Shown: positions 10,235 to 18,805 of the stretch, piece after piece
Layout: every line of letters starts with the position of its first letter
Numbering within the stretch: position 1 is the first letter of the stretch
Origin: an uncultured Planctomycetaceae bacterium
GTDB lineage: Bacteria > Planctomycetota > Planctomycetia > Planctomycetales > Planctomycetaceae
Direction of reading: 5' to 3'
Length of the DNA: 64,000 nucleotides
Assembly: GCA_963976765.1 (NCBI GenBank)
Contig: CAXBME010000015.1
Span: 62,001 to 126,000 of the forward strand
Made by a program: the position numbers and the translations under genes
The notes under the pieces: model-generated
Told to the model about the DNA's origin: nothing
Database searches by the model: none
What the model saw: the letters and a program-made list of their open reading frames with translations, nothing else

Positions 10235-11632
10235 ATGTCCATTCCAAAAGTCGCCATCGTGGGACGCCCCAACGTTGGTAAGAGCTCACTGTTCAACTGG
10301 CTTGCCCGCAAAATGATCGCCGTCGTCGACGGAACGGCAGGAACCACTCGCGACAGGATGCGGCATCTGCTGCACGAGGCGGACCGGTATTTCGAGCTGA
10401 TCGACACCGGAGGGATGGGCATTGAAGATTCGGACGACCTGACGGACGACATCGAGAATCAGATCAGCATGGGGCTGCACGAAGCCGACATTCTGGTCTT
10501 CGTCGTCGACGGTCAGTCCGGCCCGGTGCCTCTTGACATGCTCGTTGCCGAACGACTCCGACACATTGACAAGCCAAAACTTCTGGTTGTCAATAAGTGC
10601 GACTCGTCACGCACGGCAGACGACATTGCCGAATTCTACGCACTGGCCAACTGCAACCTCGTCACGACCAGCGTGAAGGGAAATCACAATCGGCAGGGCT
10701 TGATGGATGCGATCCTTGAGTTGCTGCCACCCGCCACAGAAGCGGAGCTGGCCGATGGCACCGAGCAATCCGCCGAACCGGAAATGAAGCTCGCCATCGT
10801 CGGAAGAAGAAACGTCGGCAAGAGCACGTTTATCAACGCGCTCGCTCAGGAAGAACGAGTCATCGTCAGTGAAGTTGCCGGCACAACTCGAGACAGTATC
10901 GACCTTCGATTCGATGTTGACGGAAAAACGATTATCGCTATCGACACGCCGGGAGTTCGCAAGAAGAAAAGCCTGGCCAACGATATCGAATTCTACGGAC
11001 TGGTCCGTGCACAACGCAGCATCCGCCGGGCAGACGTCGTGCTGGTGTTTTTCGATTCGCAGAAAACGATCTCGCGAGTCGACAAGCAACTCGTCGAAGA
11101 AGTGCTGACTCAATACAAGCCGTGCATCTTTGTGGTCAACAAATGGGACGAAGCGATGGCAGCCGGGATGACCATCGAATCGTGGGGCGACTACCTGCTT
11201 CGCGAGTTCGCGTCGGTCCGGCATGCTCCCGTTGCTTTTGTGACAGCGATTGAAAATCGCAATACACGAAAACTGATTAACCTCGCTCAGACCGTCTTCA
11301 AGCAATCGCTGACTCGGGTCGGTACTGGCAAGCTGAATCGGATTCTGCGCGAAGCCATCCTGCAGAACCGTCCGCCCATGCGAAAAGCCCGGATCCCGAA
11401 AATCTATTACGCAGTGCAGGTTGCAACGCAACCGCCAACGATCGTGCTGAAATGCAACGACCCCACGCTGTTCGACAATTCGTGGAAGCGGTATCTGCTG
11501 GGCGTCCTCCAGGAAAAACTGCCGTTCGCTGAGGTGCCCATCAAACTTTACATGCGAGCAAAAACTGCCGAGGAAGAACGCTACCCGAATCAGCTGCCTG
11601 AAGGCGTCGAGGAAACAGTCGAGAACATTTAA
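10235..11632 (+). CDS. der: Ribosome biogenesis GTPase Der (EngA)
   Basis: Two G domains (GRPNVGKS...DTGG...NKCD and GRRNVGKS...DTPG...NKWD) and a KH-like C-terminus. Confidence 0.97.
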   Translation: MSIPKVAIVGRPNVGKSSLFNWLARKMIAVVDGTAGTTRDRMRHLLHEADRYFELIDTGGMGIEDSDDLTDDIENQISMGLHEADILVFVVDGQSGPVPLDMLVAERLRHIDKPKLLVVNKCDSSRTADDIAEFYALANCNLVTTSVKGNHNRQGLMDAILELLPPATEAELADGTEQSAEPEMKLAIVGRRNVGKSTFINALAQEERVIVSEVAGTTRDSIDLRFDVDGKTIIAIDTPGVRKKKSLANDIEFYGLVRAQRSIRRADVVLVFFDSQKTISRVDKQLVEEVLTQYKPCIFVVNKWDEAMAAGMTIESWGDYLLREFASVRHAPVAFVTAIENRNTRKLINLAQTVFKQSLTRVGTGKLNRILREAILQNRPPMRKARIPKIYYAVQVATQPPTIVLKCNDPTLFDNSWKRYLLGVLQEKLPFAEVPIKLYMRAKTAEEERYPNQLPEGVEETVENI

Positions 11633-11767
11633 TAAACCCCGGCCAATTCCCATCAGAAATCGAGTCGCAGATCGCCCCGGAAAAATGCAGATGTCCGCCA
11701 GATGCACTTCCGGTCGGCGTCCCTCCACAGAAAGTCTGCGGTAGAAACCTGTAGCCAGGAAATCAAA

Positions 11768-12736
11768 ATGGATCGCAGTCAGCACGTACTGATTACTGGC
11801 GGAGCAGGTTTTATTGGCAGTCACCTTGCGCGAGAACTGTTGAAATCAGGCCGTCGAGTTTCAGTAATCGACAATCTTTCAACCGGGCTGCACGCCAACA
11901 TCGCCGATCTGGAGTCTGATTCCAATTTCCGCTTGTACGTCGACACGGTCCGTGATGTCGCGTTGATGGAAAAGCTGATGTCCGAGTGCGACACGGTCTT
12001 CCATCTTGCCAGCGCTGTCGGCGTGCGACTGATCATGGAACAGCCTGTCGACACGATCGATACGATTTACCAGGGCACCGAAGTCGTCCTTCGTCTGGCC
12101 AGACGATACCGCAACCGGGTTCTCATCACATCGACTTCTGAAGTTTACGGGAAGTCTGAAAACGTACCGTATCGCGAAGATGACGACCGGCTCGAAGGTG
12201 CAACGACAAAGCATCGCTGGGCGTATGCCTGCGCCAAGGCGCTCGACGAATTTCTGGCGCTGGCTCATTGGAAAGAAAGCCGGTTGCCGGTGACGATCGT
12301 TCGATTGTTTAACACCGTCGGGCCACGTCAGCGCAGTCAGTACGGCATGGTAGTTCCTCGCTTCGTTGAACAGGCATTGCGAAATGACAAACTGGAAGTT
12401 CACGGTGACGGCAGTCAGTCGCGGTGCTTCTGTCATGTTCATGATGTCGTACAGGCATTGATTAAGCTGATTGACTCCGAAGCCACCTGCGGGCAGATCT
12501 ACAACGTCGGCAGCACTGAAGAGATTTCGATCCTGCAACTCGCCGAACTGATCATCTCGCGTTTGCAAAGTTCCTCGAAAGTTGAACTTGTCCCGTATGA
12601 CAAGGCGTACGGAGAAGGCTTTGAAGACATGCAGAGACGAGTACCGTCAATTGATCGAATCAACGAGACCGTCGGCTGGCAGCCTTCGCGAACGATTAAC
12701 GACATCATTGACGACGTCGCTTCCGAACTTTGCTGA
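11768..12736 (+). CDS. NAD-dependent nucleotide-sugar epimerase/dehydratase (extended SDR)
   Basis: TGGAGFIG, STSEVYG, YACAK (YxxxK) and RLFNTVGPRQ. Confidence 0.93.
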   Translation: MDRSQHVLITGGAGFIGSHLARELLKSGRRVSVIDNLSTGLHANIADLESDSNFRLYVDTVRDVALMEKLMSECDTVFHLASAVGVRLIMEQPVDTIDTIYQGTEVVLRLARRYRNRVLITSTSEVYGKSENVPYREDDDRLEGATTKHRWAYACAKALDEFLALAHWKESRLPVTIVRLFNTVGPRQRSQYGMVVPRFVEQALRNDKLEVHGDGSQSRCFCHVHDVVQALIKLIDSEATCGQIYNVGSTEEISILQLAELIISRLQSSSKVELVPYDKAYGEGFEDMQRRVPSIDRINETVGWQPSRTINDIIDDVASELC

Positions 12737-12994
12737 TCTTCTGCTTCTAACGGTCGCCCGAATCCCTGCGAATGCTGGCCACGGTTCTGGTCTGTCATCA
12801 GGGTACCGACCTGCCTGCTCGGTAACGCTCAGGAATTACCGCATTCCGACGATGATTCTCCGGCACGCCGTGTGCGGATTGAATCAACATTGCCAGAAAG
12901 CAGTCAGTCCATTTGCTGCCAGTCAGTATTGCTGACCTGGTGGCCGCGGGAGGTTGCGGGCGAATCATGAAACAGTATTCAAGGACTTTCGGAA

Positions 12995-14215
12995 ATGTCA
13001 CGTCATCCGGTTTCGCCAGATCACTTCCCAGGAAGGAATGCTCCCCCCGAGCAGGCGTCCGGCCACGTAAACCGTCCGCGAGTTCCCGCCGCAACTTCCG
13101 CAGTGGCTGATCTGCAACGGCTCGTCGCTCTCGGCCCTTCTCAAAGTGACTGGCAAACCGAACTTGAAGTAGAAGCCGCTCGACTTTGCGGCGTCCCACA
13201 CGTCGTCGCCGTGACCAGCGCAAACGTCGCTCTGCACTGCGTTCTGGCCGCCAGCAATCTGATGCCGGACGACGAGGTCATTATTCCCGCGTACCTGCCG
13301 CCTTCCATTCCGGAAGTTATCCGCCAGTTCAACGCCCACCCGATTCTGGTCGACATCAATCCAGAATCCGCTCACATCGACGCCGAGCAGGTCGCCGACT
13401 CATTGACCGATCGAACACGAGCAGTCGTCGCCGTAGACATTGCCGGCCTGCCGGTTGACACTCAACTGCTGACGCACGTTTGTCGAAGGCACCGAATTCT
13501 GCTGATCAACGATGCGCAGGCTCAGGTTCCTGGCATCGGAATTCGAGGAAACATTCACGAGAACCAGGTTCGAATCTATCACTGCCGATCTGAAGAGACG
13601 AACCTGCTTAGCTCCGGGGCGATCATCTGCACGATCGACGAAGCACTTGCCGAACGACTTCGCAACGAGATCACTCCACTCGATGAACTGACCGGCGAAT
13701 CGCAACAGTGGGACGCCCGACGTTCGCTGCACTACGCCGATCGGATGACCGATCTCGCGGCAGCCTGGCAACTGGCAGCGTTCGGCAAAGTACGTGATGC
13801 GTGGCGGCGACGCAGCCAGATCGCGATGAGCTACACAGCCGCCTTCAGTTGCCGTCGTGAATTTCAGGTTCCTTACGAACGATCAGACGTCAATCACACG
13901 TGGCTGAATTACCCGTTGCGTCTGAACCTTCAGCACCTCGGAGTAACCCGCGACGATTTTACTTCAGAACTCCGCCGACGCGGCGTTGCGGTGACTGTTC
14001 CGTGCCTGCCTGTCAATCTGATGCCACATTACCAGGAACGCTATGGAGTCGCCGCTGAAAGTTTCCCGGTCGCCAGAAACGAATTTCTCCGGCGAGTCTG
14101 CCTGCCCATCGGTGGACGAACGACTGATGCGGACATCGACCGGGTTGTTGACACGGTGATGAGTTTTACCGACGAGTTGCTCGCACGACGAACGATGCCC
14201 ATCGGTACAAGATAG
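12995..14215 (+). CDS. DegT/DnrJ/EryC1/StrS family protein with a degenerate active site
   Basis: Fold motifs DEVIIP, PILVDI, RTRAVVAVDIAG, NDAQ, RMTD and CLPI are present; the Schiff-base lysine is absent. Confidence 0.8.
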   Translation: MSRHPVSPDHFPGRNAPPEQASGHVNRPRVPAATSAVADLQRLVALGPSQSDWQTELEVEAARLCGVPHVVAVTSANVALHCVLAASNLMPDDEVIIPAYLPPSIPEVIRQFNAHPILVDINPESAHIDAEQVADSLTDRTRAVVAVDIAGLPVDTQLLTHVCRRHRILLINDAQAQVPGIGIRGNIHENQVRIYHCRSEETNLLSSGAIICTIDEALAERLRNEITPLDELTGESQQWDARRSLHYADRMTDLAAAWQLAAFGKVRDAWRRRSQIAMSYTAAFSCRREFQVPYERSDVNHTWLNYPLRLNLQHLGVTRDDFTSELRRRGVAVTVPCLPVNLMPHYQERYGVAAESFPVARNEFLRRVCLPIGGRTTDADIDRVVDTVMSFTDELLARRTMPIGTR

Positions 14216-14281
14216 GACAAATTCAGCCGGCACAGGATCATCTGATCGGTCAACCTCTCACCGCGCCGCTGCGATCAGAGA

Positions 14282-15922
14282 TCAGTCCGCATGCTGGTCT
14301 GTTTTCCCGTCGCCTGATTCGCCAGCAATGTGACGACGCAGTGATTCCGCCTGCTCCAGGTAAACGCTGGCGTCTTCGTCGCTTTCGTAAAGAACGGCCA
14401 GCCCGTCAAGCAACTGCAACGCTTCATCGGTCTGTCCGGCCTCGACCAGCTCATTGGCACGATCGATCGTTTGCCCGGCCAGGCTGGCGTTGCCGCTTTG
14501 CAGTTGTCGCCGCTTGCTGAGAAATTTCAGACGGACATCAATCTCCCTGACGACTTCAGCGTTCTGCTCGTCATGAGCGATGACCGTTCGCAGAGCTTTC
14601 AGCAGACGAATTTCCCGCGAGGTGTCACTGTTACGCCGATATGATTTTGCCAGCCGCATGAAACGCGAAACTTCTCCAGATGCACCAGCGGCTTCAACCG
14701 CAATTTCAGATTCATCGTCACCAGGAAATTCTCGTTGAACTCCGTTCATCCAGAAGACGCCGCCGACAACCAGCAGGCCGAGGCACCCGACCAGAAACCA
14801 GGTATTGTCGAACAGTGCCGCGACCGGAGACTTTTCCTGCTCGCGCAGAATCTCTGCACGAAACGCATCGCGCATCATCGTGGCTGAGCCGGGCCCCTCG
14901 TAGCCGTCTTCACGAACTCGACGTCCCGCTTCGCTGGTCGCTGGTTCGAGCAGACCTGATGCGAAGGTTTCTTCGTCACTTCCTTGATGTCTGCCACGAC
15001 CGGGAGCCGTCGCCGTTGGAGTCATCAAACCGTCGGATTCAAGTGGACGAGTATTGGTTTCATCTTTGCTGGCAAATTCAACGCGTTTCACAACTTCCTT
15101 CAGACGCAACGAAACCACGTGAGCGTCGCTGTAACGATCTTCGGGAGATTTCTCGAGCAGTTTGCAGACAACGTCTTCAAGAATTTTCGGGATGTCAGGA
15201 GCGTACAGAGTCGGTCGATCAAAACGGGCGGTCGAATGCTTCTGAATAATCTCCACTGCGTTTTTGCCAGTAAAAGGTGGCCGGCCAGCCAGCATGACGT
15301 AAAGAACGGCTCCCAGAGAATAGAGGTCGCTGGCCCTTGTACAACGCTTTCCCTGAGCCTGCTCGGGCGACATGTATTCCGCCGTGCCGATGATACCGCC
15401 AGTGACTGTCAGTCTTTGAGCGGCAAAGACCTGAGCAACACCAAAGTCAGTCAGCTTCACAACGCCGTCGTCACCGATCAGCAGATTCGAAGGCTTCAGA
15501 TCACGGTGCACGACTCCGGTGGCATGAGCGGCCTTTAACGCCGAGCAAATCTGAATCGCAATATCGACGGCCTGCTCCCATGGAAGTCGACGGTTGGCCA
15601 AAATGCAATCGGTCAGCGTCTCGCCTTCGACATACTCCATCGCGAAAAACATCTGATCGGTCGCTTCGTCATGCCCACTTTCAAAGAGCCTGACAATGTG
15701 CGGTCCAGTGAGTTTCCGCATGGCATCGATTTCGCGTTCAAAACGGTCGACCGTTCCCGGTTCACGAGCGAGCGACGATGGCAACACTTTCACTGCCGCT
15801 TCAAGGTCTGTGTCAATGTGCCGCCCGAGGTACACCGTCCCCATGCCACCCGAGCCGATTTTGCGCAGGACTTCGTACGGACCAATTCGATCCGGGAGTG
15901 TCGGTTCGCTTGTTTCGTCCAT
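14282..15922 (-). CDS. Membrane-anchored Hanks-type Ser/Thr protein kinase
   Basis: GSGGMG, AAVK, HRDLKPSN, DFG and YMSPE, one TM segment and a helical C-domain. Confidence 0.95.
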   Translation of the reverse strand: MDETSEPTLPDRIGPYEVLRKIGSGGMGTVYLGRHIDTDLEAAVKVLPSSLAREPGTVDRFEREIDAMRKLTGPHIVRLFESGHDEATDQMFFAMEYVEGETLTDCILANRRLPWEQAVDIAIQICSALKAAHATGVVHRDLKPSNLLIGDDGVVKLTDFGVAQVFAAQRLTVTGGIIGTAEYMSPEQAQGKRCTRASDLYSLGAVLYVMLAGRPPFTGKNAVEIIQKHSTARFDRPTLYAPDIPKILEDVVCKLLEKSPEDRYSDAHVVSLRLKEVVKRVEFASKDETNTRPLESDGLMTPTATAPGRGRHQGSDEETFASGLLEPATSEAGRRVREDGYEGPGSATMMRDAFRAEILREQEKSPVAALFDNTWFLVGCLGLLVVGGVFWMNGVQREFPGDDESEIAVEAAGASGEVSRFMRLAKSYRRNSDTSREIRLLKALRTVIAHDEQNAEVVREIDVRLKFLSKRRQLQSGNASLAGQTIDRANELVEAGQTDEALQLLDGLAVLYESDEDASVYLEQAESLRRHIAGESGDGKTDQHAD

Positions 15923-16072
15923 TTGAAATCAACCTGCTGAGATTATGATCGACGCTCAAAAATCACTGCGTCGACGCGGCAAAGGATCAAAGATAAGAAC
16001 AACGCCTGAAAGAATGAGAATCTGTGTCGCCATGATCGGTACACTTCAGCCCGGCGCCAATGGGCGATCACA

Positions 16073-16903
16073 TTGCAAACTTCAGGGAAAGAGCAACCTT
16101 CAGTGTCAGATCTCCTGAAAACATCATCGCCGGATGAAATCCGAAAAGCCTGCCGGTCAGGAAAATGGACGACGCAGACGTCGGGACTTGCTCCTGGATT
16201 CGCGCAGGCCAACCTCGTGATTCTTCCCCGTGAGGACGCTGCCGGGTTTCGTGAGTTTTGTGAGCGGAATCCCAAACCCTGCCCACTGCTGGAAGTCACC
16301 GAACCCGGTTGCCACTCGCTGACCCGGTTATCGCCCGATGCCGACCTGCGAACTGACCTGCCGATGTACCGGGTCTGGCGTGACGGTGAACTCTCCAGCG
16401 AAATTACAGACATCACCGAGTTCTGGCGAGCCGATCTAGTGAGCTTTCTGATCGGCTGCTCCTTCACCTTCGAAGCGGCTCTGATCGAAAACCAGATTCC
16501 GGTCCGTCACCTCGAACTCGGCAGCAACGTTCCCATGTTTCAGACAAACGTCCCTTGTCAGCCATCTGGAAAGTTTCACGGACCACTGGTTGTTTCGATG
16601 CGTCCCTTGAAGCCGGCTCACGCGATTCGAGCCGTACAAATCACCTCGCAGTTTCCCGACGTTCACGGAGCGCCGGTCCACATCGGACTCCCGCACGACA
16701 TCGGAATTGCCGATCTGCAAAAGCCGGATTTCGGAGACGCGGTCCCGATCGCTGCCGACGAGCTGCCCGTCTTCTGGGCCTGCGGCGTGACTCCTCAGGC
16801 TGCGCTGATGGCGGCGAAACCCGATTTCGCCATCACGCACAGTCCCGGCTGCATGTTCGTGTCCGATCTGAAAGACGAATCCCTGCGCCGCGTTACCGTA
16901 TAG
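16073..16903 (+). CDS. DUF1445 putative hydro-lyase (D-glutamate cyclase family)
   Basis: [39 protein letters not shown] and ITHSPG. The start may be GTG 16103. Confidence 0.9.
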   Translation: MQTSGKEQPSVSDLLKTSSPDEIRKACRSGKWTTQTSGLAPGFAQANLVILPREDAAGFREFCERNPKPCPLLEVTEPGCHSLTRLSPDADLRTDLPMYRVWRDGELSSEITDITEFWRADLVSFLIGCSFTFEAALIENQIPVRHLELGSNVPMFQTNVPCQPSGKFHGPLVVSMRPLKPAHAIRAVQITSQFPDVHGAPVHIGLPHDIGIADLQKPDFGDAVPIAADELPVFWACGVTPQAALMAAKPDFAITHSPGCMFVSDLKDESLRRVTV

Positions 16904-16921
16904 GCAGCTGGTCGTCCAGGC

Positions 16922-16943
16922 GTAGAGTGCGTCTTGACGCACC
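16922..16943 (+). repeat. GTAG-type REP palindrome, family A
   Basis: GTAGAGTGCGTCTTGACGCACC; related copies at 21802 and 35082. Confidence 0.75.
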
Positions 16944-17055
16944 GATACTCTCGAACATTCTGGCGGCAACAGGTTACAGTCCGAAAGTCGGCATTCTGAC
17001 GACACCCCAAAAAAAGAATTCGAATCTCCAGCAACTGGCCAGAAGGACAATCGCT

Positions 17056-18684
17056 GTGAAACTTCTCCGTGAGCTGACAAGACGTCAGCACGAACTCGGC
17101 TGGTTAAGTGACGACACGCTGCGTGAAATTGCGAAACAGCAGCGAGTCCCGCTTTACCGCCTGGAAGGTCTCGTCAGTTTCTACCCGAGCTTTCGACGAA
17201 CTCCGCCACCCCGCAAAACCGTGCATGTGTGCCGCGACGTCTCGTGCGCGATGGGCGGCTGTGCAAAACTGAACGCCGACCTTCGAGGCAAGTTCGCTGG
17301 CCAGGAAGACGTCGAGATCGTCGAGGTGTCCTGCATCGGTCGCTGCGAGGTAGCTCCAGCCGTTTCGATTAACGAAATTCCGATTGGCAACGCGTCACTC
17401 GACAATCTGCTCCCGCTGATCGATGGCTCACAGCCGCTACCGAACAACGATCCGACTCAGACGCCTCGAAAATGGAAGTGCGATCCGTACCTCAAACCGA
17501 AAGACCGATACAACACCGTTCGCTCGCTCGGTGCGGGAAGCAGTGAATCTGGCACCGAAACGCTGGGCCGATCGTGCATCGACGCTCTGAAAGCATCCGG
17601 CCTGCGTGGCATGGGTGGAGCCGGTTTTCCGACGGGGCGGAAATGGGAACTCGTCCGCGGTGAGAAATCTGAAACGAAGTACGTCATCTGCAACGCCGAC
17701 GAAAGCGAGCCGGGCACGTTCAAAGACCGAGTTATCCTGGAAGAACTGCCGCACCTGGTCATTGAAGGGATGCTTCTGGCCGGGCTGACGATCGGCGCTG
17801 AATCCGGCATCGTCTACCTGCGGCACGAGTATCAGAAGGAGCAGAAGGCTCTCGAAGCAGCACTGAAACACGCTCACGAAACAGGCATCCTCGGAGACAA
17901 CGCCTCCGGTACCGGCAGACGATTCGACATCGAAATCTTCGTATCGCCTGGCGGCTATATTCTCGGAGAGGAAACAGCACTGCTGGAAGCACTCGAAGAC
18001 AAACGCGGGGAACCTCGTAACAAGCCGCCGTACCCGGGAACTCACGGACTGTGGAGCAAGCCGACGCTCATCAACAACGTCGAAACCTATGCGTTCACAA
18101 CATTCATCATGTCCCGCGGCGCAGACCGGTGGATTGATCAGGCACCCGGCGATTATGTTGGCCTCAAATTTGTATCCGTGTCTGGAGATGTCAAACAGCC
18201 AGGCGTTTACGAGATCCCGATCGGAACGACGGTTGCGGAACTGATCGAGCTGGCAGGCGGAATGCGCGACGGTGTGACTCTGCAAGCGTTTCTGCCGGGC
18301 GGTGCGAGTTCCAACTTTCTGCCGGCCGACAAGGTCCACACGCCTCTGGATTTTGACGCGATGAAAGCAGCAGGCAGTATGCTCGGCACCGGAGCCGTCA
18401 TCGTAATCGGCGATCAGCACGACCTGTTTGAACTGGCGACCAATATTGTCCGCTTCTTCCGTAATGAATCCTGCGGAAAATGCGTCCCGTGCCGAGTCGG
18501 TAGTCAGAAGGCCGTCCAGATACTTGAAAGCGTCGCGTGTGGTCAATCTGAAAGTTCCGAACTGACGATCCTGCCGGAGCTCGGCGACACGCTTGAGCAA
18601 ACATCCATCTGCGGCCTCGGTCAGGTCGCATTGAACCCAATCCTGTCACTCATGAAAAACGTTCCTGAAGCAGTGCCTCAATGA
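17056..18684 (+). CDS. NAD-dependent formate dehydrogenase beta subunit (NuoE-NuoF-like fusion)
   Basis: 2Fe-2S motif CRDVSC...CIGRC, GLRGMGGAGFP, NADESEPGTFKDR, GEETAL, and 4Fe-4S motif SCGKCVPC...ICGLG. GTG 17056 follows AGAAGGA. Confidence 0.92.
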   Translation: MKLLRELTRRQHELGWLSDDTLREIAKQQRVPLYRLEGLVSFYPSFRRTPPPRKTVHVCRDVSCAMGGCAKLNADLRGKFAGQEDVEIVEVSCIGRCEVAPAVSINEIPIGNASLDNLLPLIDGSQPLPNNDPTQTPRKWKCDPYLKPKDRYNTVRSLGAGSSESGTETLGRSCIDALKASGLRGMGGAGFPTGRKWELVRGEKSETKYVICNADESEPGTFKDRVILEELPHLVIEGMLLAGLTIGAESGIVYLRHEYQKEQKALEAALKHAHETGILGDNASGTGRRFDIEIFVSPGGYILGEETALLEALEDKRGEPRNKPPYPGTHGLWSKPTLINNVETYAFTTFIMSRGADRWIDQAPGDYVGLKFVSVSGDVKQPGVYEIPIGTTVAELIELAGGMRDGVTLQAFLPGGASSNFLPADKVHTPLDFDAMKAAGSMLGTGAVIVIGDQHDLFELATNIVRFFRNESCGKCVPCRVGSQKAVQILESVACGQSESSELTILPELGDTLEQTSICGLGQVALNPILSLMKNVPEAVPQ

Positions 18685-18805
18685 TGAACCTCAACACAAA
18701 GCCTCAAAGCCGTAGCGGCTTTGCGTTGCTCATCCCTCGGGTGGCCCAGCCTGAATGGCTTGGCCGCCAGACTACTCAACCACTCTAATCATTCACTGAG
18801 ACGGC

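Noticed and set aside
10607..11824. 405-aa antisense ORF, and similar ones at 1014-2111, 17437-18600, 32326-33264, 54937-56007 and 61696-62673
   Set aside because: They lie opposite well-supported genes and show no motifs; these are typical shadow ORFs of GC-rich coding DNA.
16555..17055. 167-aa N-terminal extension of the FDH beta ORF
   Set aside because: It overlaps the DUF1445 gene and a REP. NuoE-like sequence and an RBS point to GTG 17056.
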